Source: Armatimonadota bacterium (GTDB lineage Bacteria > Armatimonadota > Chthonomonadetes > Chthonomonadales > CAJBBX01). Taken from it: DNA of 64,000 nt. Below, one piece after another: positions 41,143-53,670 of this stretch. The stretch spans positions 2,509-66,508 of the forward strand of contig JAPLCQ010000089.1 in the NCBI GenBank assembly GCA_026392115.1. The letters are read 5' to 3'. The notes beneath the pieces were generated by a model, which saw only the letters and a list, made by a program, of their open reading frames with translations, was not told the origin of the DNA and did not search any database. Both the position numbers and the translations under genes were made by a program. The stretch's first letter is position 1. Each line of letters begins with the position of its first letter.

Positions 41143-42720
41143 GTGCTCTTCCACACCCTCCCCTTCCTGCTCTTCATGGCCGTGGCGCTGCCGGGCTTCT
41201 ATGCCCTGCGCCGCACGCCGCTCTGGGCGCCGTGGCTGCTGGCGGCCTCCTACTTCTTCTACGGCTGGTGGAACCCCTGGTACCTGCTGCTGGTGGTCTA
41301 CTCCACCGGCCTGGACTTCCTGCTCGTCCTGCTGATGGACCACTGCCCCGCCCGGGGCGAAGCCGCGCCGGAACGCCGCGACCGCACGCTCCGGTGGGCG
41401 CTTGCCGCCTTCGGCGCGGCGGCCGCGGCGCTGGCCGTGGGCGCCGTTGCCGGTCCCGCCCCGCTGCGCCCCACGCTCCTCGCCTTCACGGCGCTGGTGG
41501 GGCTCATGGCCCTCGGCGCGGCGCTGGCCGACCGGCGCGTGTGGCTCTTCATCAGCCTGTTCAACAACCTCTTCCTGCTGCTCTTCTTCAAGTACGCCCG
41601 GTTCGTCGCCGGCAACGTCAACGCGGCGCTGGGCGCGCTCGGCTCGCCGCTGGCCATGCCCGACCCCGCGTCCCTGACGCCGCCCGGCTGGGAGTACCTG
41701 CTGCCGGTGGGCATCTCCTTCTTCACGTTCCAGTCGATGAGCTACACCATCGACTTCTATCTCGGGCGCGTGGAGCGCGAGCGGAGCCTGTTGCGCTTCG
41801 CCACCTTCGTCTGCTTCTTCCCGCAGCTCATGGCGGGGCCCATCGAGCGCGCCCGCAATATGCTGCCCCAGTTCCGCCGGCCCCAGCCCTTCCGGCCGCG
41901 GAACCTGACCGACGGCCTGTCGCTCTTCCTGGTGGGGCTCTTCAAGAAGCTGGCGCTGGCCAACTATCTGTCGCTCTACGTCGAGCGCGTCTACTCCGAC
42001 CCGGCCTCGTTCGGCTCGCCCGACCTGCTGCTGGCCACCTTCGCCTTCGCGTGGCAGATCTTCTTCGATTTCAGCGGCTACACCGACATGGCCCGGGGCG
42101 TGGCCCGCATGATGGGCTTCCACCTGACGCTGAACTTCCGCAACCCCTACACGGCCACGGGGCTGGGCGACTTCTGGCAAAGGTGGCACATCAGCCTGTC
42201 CAGCTGGTTCCGCGACTACGTCTACATCCCGCTGGGCGGGAGCCGCGGCGGCAAGGCGGCCACCTACCGCAACCTCTTCGTCACGTTCCTGGTATCGGGC
42301 GTCTGGCACGGGGCCAACTGGACCTTCGCCGTGTGGGGCGTCATGCACGCCGTGGGCGTCATCGCCACGCGCGAGCTGGAGCGGTCGCCCTTCTACCACC
42401 ATCGCGTGCCCAGGCTGCTGAAGCAGGCCGGGGTCTTCGCCTACGTCTGCGTGGCGTGGGTCTTCTTCCGTGCGGCCGACGTGCCGCAGGCGCTGCTCAT
42501 CCTGCGCGGCATGTTCGCCGGCCCCTGGACGGCGCCCGGCGCGCCCGGCCTCATGCTGGCGCTGGTGGGCGGCGTCTGGGTCTACCAGTTCGCCTATGAG
42601 TCGCGATGGCGTCCCATGCTGGCCGCCGCTCCCGTCCGCGTGGGCCTGGCGGCCTGCATGGCCCTCTACCTGGCGCTCTGCTCCTCCGGGGGCGGCGCCT
42701 TCATCTACTTCCAGTTCTGA
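41143..42720 (+). CDS. MBOAT-family O-acyltransferase (AlgI/DltB-like)
   Basis: Polytopic membrane protein with FWQRWHISLSSWFRDYVYIPLGGSRGG, which contains the conserved His. Confidence 0.85.
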   Translation: MLFHTLPFLLFMAVALPGFYALRRTPLWAPWLLAASYFFYGWWNPWYLLLVVYSTGLDFLLVLLMDHCPARGEAAPERRDRTLRWALAAFGAAAAALAVGAVAGPAPLRPTLLAFTALVGLMALGAALADRRVWLFISLFNNLFLLLFFKYARFVAGNVNAALGALGSPLAMPDPASLTPPGWEYLLPVGISFFTFQSMSYTIDFYLGRVERERSLLRFATFVCFFPQLMAGPIERARNMLPQFRRPQPFRPRNLTDGLSLFLVGLFKKLALANYLSLYVERVYSDPASFGSPDLLLATFAFAWQIFFDFSGYTDMARGVARMMGFHLTLNFRNPYTATGLGDFWQRWHISLSSWFRDYVYIPLGGSRGGKAATYRNLFVTFLVSGVWHGANWTFAVWGVMHAVGVIATRELERSPFYHHRVPRLLKQAGVFAYVCVAWVFFRAADVPQALLILRGMFAGPWTAPGAPGLMLALVGGVWVYQFAYESRWRPMLAAAPVRVGLAACMALYLALCSSGGGAFIYFQF

Positions 42721-42721
42721 C

Positions 42722-43872
42722 ATGAGCGAAACCCACGCCCCGGCGCCCCGTCCCGAGCCCCCCGAGCCGCCCTTCGGCGTCAATGAGATGCGCCTGGCCG
42801 GCCGCCACTGGCTGGCCGTCGCCGCTCTTCTTCTCGCCTTCGTCGGGCTGGCCCCGATCCTCTGGGACCGGTGGGAGAGGTTCGAGCCCGGCCCCGACTA
42901 CCGGGTCCCCTACGCCCTCAGCTCCGACTACCGGCACACCCGGCGCCGCCTGGACGCCGTACCGCCCGGCTCGATCCCCGTGGTGGGCGACTCGGTGGTC
43001 TGGGGGGAGTACGTCCGCGCCGACGGCTCGCTGAGCCACTTCCTGAGCCGGGAGGCGGGACGCCCGGGGCGCTTCGCCAACTGCGGCATCGACGGCGTCT
43101 TCCCGCTGGCCATCGAGGGGCTCGTGACCCACTACGGCGGCGCGCTCAGGTCGCGCAAGGCGCTGCTCCAGTGCAACATGCTCTGGATGAGCAGCCCCCA
43201 GTCGGACCTGAGCTCCGAGAAGGAAGAGACCTTCAACCACGCCGCGCTCGTGCCGCAACGCTTCGGCGCCGTGCCCTGCTACCGGGCCGACGCGGCCGCC
43301 CGGCTGGGAGCCGTCGTGGCCCGGAGCGTCGGCTTCTTCGGCTGGGTGAGCCACCTGAACAGCCGGTACTTCGACCAGGCCTCCCTGCCGCAGTGGACGC
43401 TGTCGGAGCCGACGCCGGGCTCGCACCCCAACGCCTGGCGCCTCCCCGGCCCGGCGCTGAGCCTGGACGAGCCGGCCTCGGACCCCCGGCGCGGCCCATC
43501 GAGCCCGCGCCACAAGCCCTGGACGGCTGGAGGCGGCTCGCCGCAGAGCTTCGAGTGGGTGGGCTTGGACGCCTCGCTGCAGTGGGCCGCCTTCCGACGC
43601 ACCGTGGCGACGCTGCGGGATCGCGGGTGCGATGTCATGGTGGTCGTGGGCCCGTTCAACGAGCACATGGTCGCGCCGGAGCAGCGGCCCACATTCCGGG
43701 CCTTGCGCGACGGCATCGCCGGGCGGCTCCGGTGGGACGGCGTGGCGAACGTGGTTCCCGAGGCGCTCCCCAGCGCCCTCTACGCCGACGCCAGCCACCC
43801 GCTGACCGAGGGCTACGCCGAGCTGGCCCGGCGGCTCTGGCGCGACCCGGCGTTCCACGCGTGGGCCACGAG

Positions 43873-43876
<4 letters not shown>
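42722..43876 (+). CDS. SGNH/GDSL-like hydrolase, partner of the MBOAT protein
   Basis: One TM segment, then [11 protein letters not shown] (GDS block) and ADASHPL (DxxH block). ATG lies 1 nt after the MBOAT stop. Confidence 0.65.
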
Positions 43877-47517
<3,641 letters not shown>

Positions 47518-47550
47518 GCGGACGTCGCCGGAGACCAAGGAGGAGCGGAG

Positions 47551-48684
47551 ATGACCCGTCGCGAGCGACTGATGGCCACCCTGGAGGGTCGGCCCGTGGA
47601 CCGGCCCGCGGTCTGCTTCTACGAGATCAACGGCCTCGACCAGAACCCCGACGACCCGAACCCGTTCAACGTCTTCAACGACCCCTCGTGGCGTCCGCTG
47701 ATCGAGCTGGCTCGCGACCGAAGCGACCGGATCGTCATGCGCGGCGTGGCCTACAAGTCCGTCACGCCCGACCCGCTGGCGAGCGCCGCACGCTCCGAGA
47801 CCGCCATGGCGGGCGGCAACGAGGTCACCACGCGAACCTTCCGGTCCGGCGGCCGCACGCTCACAACCCGGACGCGGCGCGACCCCGAGATCAACACCAT
47901 CTGGACCGTGGAGCACCTTCTCAAGGACACCGACGACCTGCGCGCCTTCCTGGAGACGCCCGCCGCGCCCGCCGACGGCGTGGTCGACCCCTCGCCGGTC
48001 ACCGATACCGAGGCCGCCATCGGCGACACGGGCATCGTTATGATCGACACGCCCGACCCGCTCTGCCTGGCCGCGGGCCTCTTCGACATGTCCGACTACC
48101 TGATCATCGCCCTGACCGAGCGGGCGCTCTTCCGCCGCCTGCTGGACCACTACGCCGAGCCGCTCCTAGCGCGCACCGAGGCCATCGCCAGGGCGGCGCC
48201 CGGCCGGCTCTGGCGCATCTACGGGCCCGAGTTCGCCTCGCCGCCCTACCTGCCGCCGGCGCTCTTCGACGAGTACGTCTGCACCTACGTGCGGCCCATG
48301 ATCGCGTCGATCCAGCGCTACGGAGGCTTCGCCCGCGTCCACTCGCACGGCCGCCTCGCCGGCATCCTCGACCTCATCGCGGGCATGGGCCCGGCGGGGC
48401 TGGACCCCATCGAGCCGCCGCCGCAGGGCGACATCGAGCTGGCCGAGGTGCGCCGCAGGATAGGGGCCGACACCGTGCTCTTCGGCAACATCGAGGCGTC
48501 CGACCTGGAGAACCTCCCCACCGACGAGTTCGCCGGCAAGGTCCGCCGCGCCCTGGACGAGGGTCAGGCGGGCCCGGGCCGCGGCTTCGTCCTGATGCCC
48601 TCCAGCTGCCCCGCGGGCCGCCTGATCACCCCGCAGACCCTGCGGAACTACGAGACCATGGTAGAGATGGCCGAGGCCGGCTGA
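47551..48684 (+). CDS. Uroporphyrinogen-decarboxylase (URO-D)-like family protein
   Basis: MTRRERLMATLEGRPVDRPAV is the typical N-terminus, and the overall layout matches URO-D/MtaA-like proteins. Confidence 0.65.
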   Translation: MTRRERLMATLEGRPVDRPAVCFYEINGLDQNPDDPNPFNVFNDPSWRPLIELARDRSDRIVMRGVAYKSVTPDPLASAARSETAMAGGNEVTTRTFRSGGRTLTTRTRRDPEINTIWTVEHLLKDTDDLRAFLETPAAPADGVVDPSPVTDTEAAIGDTGIVMIDTPDPLCLAAGLFDMSDYLIIALTERALFRRLLDHYAEPLLARTEAIARAAPGRLWRIYGPEFASPPYLPPALFDEYVCTYVRPMIASIQRYGGFARVHSHGRLAGILDLIAGMGPAGLDPIEPPPQGDIELAEVRRRIGADTVLFGNIEASDLENLPTDEFAGKVRRALDEGQAGPGRGFVLMPSSCPAGRLITPQTLRNYETMVEMAEAG

Positions 48685-48695
48685 CGAAGGATATC

Positions 48696-48792
48696 GCCAA
48701 CGTCAGCGCCGTCAACCCCGTCAGCAACGTCAAAGGCCCGACCGTGCTGACCGTGCTGACCGTGCTGACGGCGTTGACGGTGCCGTCGGCGC
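48696..48792. repeat. Dispersed nonamer-array repeat, copy c (inverted arms, no core)
   Basis: gccaacgtcagcgccgtcaaccccgtcagcaacgtcaaaggcc / gaccgtgctgaccgtgctgaccgtgctgacggcgttgacggtgccgtcggc. Lies between convergent genes. Confidence 0.65.
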
Positions 48793-48793
48793 C

Positions 48794-48835
48794 CCTTCAC
48801 CCCCTTCACCTCCTCACCTCCTCACCTCCTCACCC
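48794..48835. repeat. 8/9-mer microsatellite (CCTTCACC/TCCTCACC) spanning the MFS gene stop
   Basis: ccttcaccc ccttcacc tcctcacc tcctcacc tcctcacc. The stop codon at 48822..48824 lies inside it. Confidence 0.8.
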
Positions 48836-50033
48836 CCTCGCGCCTGTCGCACAGCAGCAACAGGCCCAGCGCCACGTAGCAGGCCGGCACCAGCAGGAAC
48901 GCGGGCCCCAGGTTCGCGCTCTTGCTGGCCAGCGCGCCCATGAGCCACGTGAAGAAGCCGCAGCCGGGGATGCCCGCGCAGGCCAGCAGGATGTAGACCA
49001 GCGTGGCGTCGGAGCCGGGCAGGCGGTCGACCCCGTGGCTCTGCAGGCTGGGCCAGAACGGGGCCGTGGCGATGCCGGCCAGGAAGAGGAGCGCGAAGAA
49101 GACAGGCAGGCTGCTCGCCACCGGGAACGCGGCCGTCACCACGGCGCCCCCGGCCGCGGAGCCCAGGATGAGGGCGCGCAGCTGGTTCTGCTTCACCAGG
49201 TAGCCCCAGCCCGTGCGCCCCAGCACCATGCCCCCCGCGAAGAAGGCGGTGCCCAGCCCGCCCGCCCACGCCGAGGCCGAGTAGTGGATCTGGATGTGGC
49301 TGGCCGACCAGAAGGTGAGGCAGAACTCGCCGCCGCCGGCCATGAACATGGCCCCGTAGTAGAGCCAGAAGCGCCGCCTGCGGAGGATCGCCAGCGCCGA
49401 TGCCCATACCGCGCGGGCCTGCAGCGGCTCCAGCGCCTCCGGGTAGCTTCGGGCGGCCCGGCCCGGCGCGAGGAGCATGGCGGCCGGCAGCAGGCCCAGC
49501 AGCGCAACTCCCGCCACGAGGACGCGCCACGAGACCCCCGCCGCCAGCAGCGCGCCCGACACCAGCACCGTGGCCAGCACGCCCACCGACCAGAACGCGT
49601 GGCTGAAGTTGATGTACCGCCCCGGCTCCTCCGGGTGCAGTCGCTGCACAAAGGGGGTGCTGAGCCCCTCCACCACGCCTTCGCCCGCGCCGGAGAGGGC
49701 CAGCGCCAGCACGACCACGCCGTAGGCCGGCGCCACCGCGCAGAGGCCCACGCCGAACGCCATCAGCAGCACGGCGACGCCCAGCGGCAACCGGTTGCCC
49801 CAGCGCCCGGCCATGAAGCCGCAGGCCAGCATGGTGGCCACCAACGGCACGGTCCGCACCAGGTGCAGGGCCCCGCCGGCCGCCATGCCCCCGCTCCGCA
49901 GTCCGAAGCCCAGGTCCTGCGCCAGGTTCACCAGCGAGACGGGCACGATGACCGATCCGGCCGAGTAGGCGATGAAGATGAGGAACGAGGCGTAGTCGTG
50001 GTAGCCGAAGCGCATGCGGCGGGAGTTGCTCAT
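48822..50033 (-). CDS. MFS transporter
   Basis: About 12 hydrophobic segments with a typical MFS layout. Confidence 0.8.
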   Translation of the reverse strand: MSNSRRMRFGYHDYASFLIFIAYSAGSVIVPVSLVNLAQDLGFGLRSGGMAAGGALHLVRTVPLVATMLACGFMAGRWGNRLPLGVAVLLMAFGVGLCAVAPAYGVVVLALALSGAGEGVVEGLSTPFVQRLHPEEPGRYINFSHAFWSVGVLATVLVSGALLAAGVSWRVLVAGVALLGLLPAAMLLAPGRAARSYPEALEPLQARAVWASALAILRRRRFWLYYGAMFMAGGGEFCLTFWSASHIQIHYSASAWAGGLGTAFFAGGMVLGRTGWGYLVKQNQLRALILGSAAGGAVVTAAFPVASSLPVFFALLFLAGIATAPFWPSLQSHGVDRLPGSDATLVYILLACAGIPGCGFFTWLMGALASKSANLGPAFLLVPACYVALGLLLLCDRREGVRR

Positions 50034-50075
50034 GGCTTCAGGGTACCCGTGCGAGGCGGTCCGTCCACCGGGGGG

Positions 50076-50205
50076 TCGCCGTCAGCACGGTCAACACCGT
50101 CGACACGGTCAAGCCCCCTGGCCGTCATCCTGACGCGAAGCGGAAGGACCCCCCGGCGTGGGCCGCCAGGCCAGGCCCCCGGGCAGGCCGCCGCCGAACC
50201 TGGAA
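50076..50205. repeat. Dispersed composite repeat, copy d (nonamers plus left half of the core; right inverted repeat missing)
   Basis: gtcagcacggtcaacaccgtcgacacggtcaagcc..gccgtcatcctgacgcgaagcggaaggacccccc.. is the reverse-complement arrangement of 51470..51520. Confidence 0.6.
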
Positions 50206-50345
50206 ATACCAGACAAAATACGGGGTCTCTTGGTCGATTCCCGGGAACCGCGCACGGGCGCGCGCCGTCTATGGGGTACACTTGTCCACATATTCTACGC
50301 CCTGGCGCGCGTCTGCGGCTTCGGGCGAGCGGGAGGGTAGGAGAG

Positions 50346-51329
50346 ATGCCCGAGCACCACGAGACAGGCCGGTTCGTCCGCGTGCCCCACGAACTGATCG
50401 ACTATCGCGACGCGCTCCTGAGCGCCGGCCGGCTGCTGCCCGTCGACTGGATCGTCTACGAGACCATCCGGCGCCACGAGAACGCCGAGGGCAGGGCCTA
50501 CTGCTCCCAGCGCGGCGTCGCGGCCCGCACGGGCGTCTCCGAACGGAACGTGGCGCGCGCCGTCGGGCGGCTGCGGGAGGCGGGCCTGGTGGCCGTCGAG
50601 CCCCGGGCCTGCTACCCCCGCCGCTTCGCGTACCGAATCCTGCCCCCGCCGCCCGCGGGCTTCCCTGTCCTGTCGCCGGAGTCCGTTCAGTGCGTCGCTG
50701 TCATGCCACCCATGGCGCCCACTGTCCCGCCACCGGTGTCCGTCCCTGTTACGCCACCCATGGCGAACGAAGAAGACGTTGACCGTCAAGAAGACGTTCT
50801 TGAAGAAGACGAAGGCAGCAGCGGCGGGGCCGTGACCCCTCCGGCCGGGGCGCGGGGCGTTGCGGGGCAGGGGCCTGCTGCCGCTGCACGGCTCAGATCC
50901 GATCCGAAGGCACGGCCCGGCGCGGCGCGGGACGGGTGCGCCTCGGGGCGGCAGGCCAGGGCGCTTCGCCACGCCCTCGCACAGGGCTACGGCCTGCCGG
51001 AGGCGGAGGCCGCGCTCCGCGAGTGCCGGCGGCGGGAGGAGCGCGGCGAGGTCAAGGGCGGCACCATCCGGAGCCTGGGCGCCTACCTGGTCACGCTGCT
51101 CTCTGAAGGCTGGCAGCCCGTGCAGGCCGGATGCGCGCCGCCGCGGCCCGAGTGGCGTTCCTGGCGGTACGGAATGATCGTCCGCTCCCGCCGGTATCCC
51201 GACAGGCGGCTGGTGGTGAACAGCGTCAGCGACACAGGAATCATCGCCAGGACGCCGGACGGCCAGTACGTCACAGTCTCAGCCGCCGCCTGCGCCGAAC
51301 GCCTGGAGCCCGTGCCGGAGGGCGGGTAG
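50346..51329 (+). CDS. Winged-helix HTH protein (Rep/regulator-like), otherwise hypothetical
   Basis: ATG 50346 follows gggagggtaggagag. CSQRGVAARTGVSERNVARAVGRLREAGLV is a wHTH. A low-complexity Pro-rich linker follows. This is the terminal part of the spurious ORF 46476..51329. Confidence 0.65.
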   Translation: MPEHHETGRFVRVPHELIDYRDALLSAGRLLPVDWIVYETIRRHENAEGRAYCSQRGVAARTGVSERNVARAVGRLREAGLVAVEPRACYPRRFAYRILPPPPAGFPVLSPESVQCVAVMPPMAPTVPPPVSVPVTPPMANEEDVDRQEDVLEEDEGSSGGAVTPPAGARGVAGQGPAAAARLRSDPKARPGAARDGCASGRQARALRHALAQGYGLPEAEAALRECRRREERGEVKGGTIRSLGAYLVTLLSEGWQPVQAGCAPPRPEWRSWRYGMIVRSRRYPDRRLVVNSVSDTGIIARTPDGQYVTVSAAACAERLEPVPEGG

Positions 51330-51332
51330 GGG

Positions 51333-51360
51333 AGAGTGGCGAGTGGCGAGTGGCGAGTGG
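51333..51360. repeat. Heptamer tandem repeat (GAGTGGC)x4
   Basis: gagtggcgagtggcgagtggcgagtggc lies directly after the stop of the wHTH gene. Confidence 0.9.
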
Positions 51361-51380
51361 CGGGCGCCGGGCCTCTGGCC

Positions 51381-51595
51381 GTCATCCTGAAGCCCCGCAG
51401 GGGCTGAAGGACCCCCCGTAAGCGAGCCGCCCGGGCAAGCCGCCGCGCCGCTGGAGTCGGGGTCCTTCACTGCGTTCAGGATGACGGCAAAGGCTTGACC
51501 GTGTTGACCGTGTTGACGGTGCTGACGGCGTCAACGGCGTCAACGCGGTCACCGGCGTCAAAGGCGGTCCCGGCTTCGACGCCGTCAAAGGCCTC
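51381..51595. repeat. Dispersed composite repeat, copy e (105-bp inverted-repeat core plus nonamer array); also the left part of the ~375-bp direct repeat flanking the Rhs island
   Basis: The core gtcatcctgaag...ttcaggatgac (51381..51485) has nested stems gccccgcaggggc and gaaggacccc/ggggtccttc. TTGACCGTG-type nonamers follow. Confidence 0.8.
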
Positions 51596-51608
51596 TACGG
51601 CGCTTCGC

Positions 51609-51755
51609 CTATGGCCGGACGGGTATCGGCTCGCTCATGGGGCGGCGTCCCCGCAGCATCCGGATGCCCTCGCGGGTTAGACGCAGGTACCAGTCGCTGG
51701 GCATGCCCTCCAGCGTGTCGAAGTGGCCCTCCACCGGCGGCGTGTCGGTCACCCG
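51609..51755 (-). pseudogene. Duplicated 3' fragment (last 48 codons) of the glycoside-hydrolase-like gene 60847..62115
   Basis: Encodes VTDTPPVEGHFDTLEGMPSDWYLRLTREGIRMLRGRRPMSEPIPVRP*, against VSDTPPVEGHFDTLEGMPGDWYLRLTREGIRMLRERRPMSEPIPVRP* in the intact gene. Homology stops at about 51753. Confidence 0.85.
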
Positions 51756-51766
51756 TATCCATGATA

Positions 51767-52873
51767 CTATGGGTCCGGCGGCGCTGGGATGTGTCGGGGC
51801 GCCGGACCTCCGGCCCGTGCGCGCACCAGCGCCACGCCGCGCCACATCCGGCGCCACTGCGGCCAGACGATGTCCTTGGTTGCTGCCTTGCCGGGGCCGG
51901 CGGCGTCGGGATCCCAGACCGTGACGCACGCCCGGTCCATCTCGTCCACAACCACGATGTGGCCCGGCGCCACCAGCGCCAACAGCGGCAGCGCCTGCTT
52001 CCGGAAGTCGGCCTCGGTGAGCTGCATGCCCTTCAGCGGGATTCCGTGGCGGCCGGCGGTCCGGGCAAGGGCCAGCAGCGTGGTGCCCTCATGGCTGGTC
52101 GCCGCGTCCCGCGCAAGGAGGGCCGGATCGGCGGGCTTGCCCTCTCGCCGCAGCAGCTCCGCCAGGCACTCCGGCCCGCACATCGACCCGCTGCGCCGCC
52201 GCGCCCGGTCGGCAGCGAGCGAGATCGCTCGAGCCCGCCGCTGCAGCGCCTGAACGTCCCTGGGCACATCCCCGCCGTGCAGACGGGCGATGCGCCGGAC
52301 GGCGGCATGGACCTCGGCGCTCTCCGGGTAGCGGCGTATGACCTCGCGTAGCTCCGCCTCGCCCGCCTCCCGGGCTCCCATGGCGAGGGTGCAGACGGCG
52401 TGCTGGTAGGCCGCGTCTGACTCCGCGGCCCGGAGCGCCTCTCGGCTTTTGGGGCCACCCCGTACCGGCGCTACCAGACCCGCCTTCGCGCCTGCCACCG
52501 CCGCCGCGAAACGCTCGCGGGCGAGCGGGTACTCCTTGCGGCGGGCCGCCGAGTAGGCCATGAGTATGCGGGCGCGTGTGACCGGCACCAGAGCGGCGGG
52601 CCGCTTGGAGCCGGCACGAACGGCCTCAGCCGCCTTGGCCTCGGCGTCGGTGAAGCGCCCGGCGTTGAACGCGTCGACGGCGGCGTGCAGGGGGTCAGGC
52701 GGCGGCGCGGGCGCCGCGCGGTTCGAGGCAGAGTCGGGAAGCATCGCGCCGAAGCCCTGCGGGCTGTACACATACCCGTGCCTGCGCGCATTGGCTGCGA
52801 AGAAGCAGACGGCTGCCGCGCCCACCGCAAGAACCGCCAACGCCAGCAGCAACCAGCGCTTCATCATAGGCAT
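51767..52873 (-). CDS. Membrane-anchored TPR-like + C39-like (papain-fold) peptidase-domain protein
   Basis: N-terminal TM and a helical repeat region. The C-terminal SMCGPECLAELLRREG (Cys) ... LVAPGHIVVVDE (His) resembles C39-like domains. Confidence 0.6.
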   Translation of the reverse strand: MPMMKRWLLLALAVLAVGAAAVCFFAANARRHGYVYSPQGFGAMLPDSASNRAAPAPPPDPLHAAVDAFNAGRFTDAEAKAAEAVRAGSKRPAALVPVTRARILMAYSAARRKEYPLARERFAAAVAGAKAGLVAPVRGGPKSREALRAAESDAAYQHAVCTLAMGAREAGEAELREVIRRYPESAEVHAAVRRIARLHGGDVPRDVQALQRRARAISLAADRARRRSGSMCGPECLAELLRREGKPADPALLARDAATSHEGTTLLALARTAGRHGIPLKGMQLTEADFRKQALPLLALVAPGHIVVVDEMDRACVTVWDPDAAGPGKAATKDIVWPQWRRMWRGVALVRARAGGPAPRHIPAPPDP

Positions 52874-52938
52874 GTCATACGTTCTTCTCGGCGGATACGC
52901 CAGCGGCTTCTGTTACCACAGGTGTTCGCCAGAGTGCA

Positions 52939-53667
52939 CTACCTGTGCCACGACCTGACGAGGAGCTCCAAACATGAGACGAATAGCCCCCTAACGGATA
53001 GGTACAGACTGAATGCACATGCGACCACGTTCTCGTGCCCAGGTTCGAGGATCGCCGACGTGTCTACGACAACTGCCGCAGCGAACACCAGCACGCTGGC
53101 CGCGCACACAACCTGGACCAGCCATGTGATGTGCATCGCCACGCCAACGATGCCCGTCACGAGCACTGCGGCGAGAGCGCAGCACAGGAAGGCGCGCCAG
53201 TGTGAGAACCGGTGACCGCTCCACACGACGTACGTGGTGAGCACACCCACCATCGCGACAGTGGTCGTGACAGCCAACACGGTGACCCCCGGCGCACCAC
53301 GTTCGATGAGCCGCAGCGTGGGACCGAGCACAGCGCCGTCGACTGTACATGTGAGCGCTAGCATCGTCGCGCTCACTCGCGCGCTTGTCCCAGTAAGCCA
53401 TATCGCCAGGGACAGCACAAGCGATACGAACAGGCTGCCGGCAAGCCAGATCGGGAGCGCGCTCGCAGGCACAAGCAGGCCGGTACAGACGCACATGGCC
53501 GTCGTCCACGCCACGCCGCATGCCAACACGCCGTACACGCGACCGAGGCGCGCCAGCGCAGTTGCCCTGTTGTCGCGGACTGCGGTGCTGCCGGCAGTGA
53601 GTTCTGCACGGGTGGGGCAGATGCCTGGGCCGCTGGGCAGCCGCGCCGGGCGGATGCAGTATGCCAT
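52939..53667 (-). CDS. BI-1/YccA-family seven-TM protein in immunity position after orphan Rhs tip 4
   Basis: VVDTSAILEPGHENVVACAFSLYLSVRGLF parallels the E. coli YccA C-terminal block ([30 protein letters not shown], from memory). About seven hydrophobic helices. The start is 3 nt after the toxin stop, with GGAAGGAAGG inside the toxin 3' end. Confidence 0.7.
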   Translation of the reverse strand: MAYCIRPARLPSGPGICPTRAELTAGSTAVRDNRATALARLGRVYGVLACGVAWTTAMCVCTGLLVPASALPIWLAGSLFVSLVLSLAIWLTGTSARVSATMLALTCTVDGAVLGPTLRLIERGAPGVTVLAVTTTVAMVGVLTTYVVWSGHRFSHWRAFLCCALAAVLVTGIVGVAMHITWLVQVVCAASVLVFAAAVVVDTSAILEPGHENVVACAFSLYLSVRGLFVSCLELLVRSWHR

Positions 53668-53670
53668 TGG

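Noticed and set aside
40587-42783. ORFs 40587..42599 (+) and 40858..42783 (-)
   Set aside because: They are alternative-frame and antisense shadows of the FGE-like and MBOAT genes, with Arg/Pro/Ala-rich low-complexity sequence.
48696-48792. Nonamer arrays as DnaA boxes or a replication origin
   Set aside because: The units (TTGACCGTG/GTCAACGGC) do not match the DnaA-box consensus TTATCCACA. They recur at many intergenic sites, and no dnaA/dnaN context is present.
50232-50243. tRNA 3'-end-like string GGTCGATTCCC as a possible attachment-site remnant
   Set aside because: The flanking bases cannot form a T-stem or acceptor stem, and the loop would be 6 nt. No tRNA gene or integrase lies nearby. 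Probably chance.
51495-51595. Possible CRISPR array (short tandem repeats)
   Set aside because: The units are 9 nt and contiguous with no spacers. They are arranged as inverted arms and dispersed at six loci. No cas genes are present. Not CRISPR.
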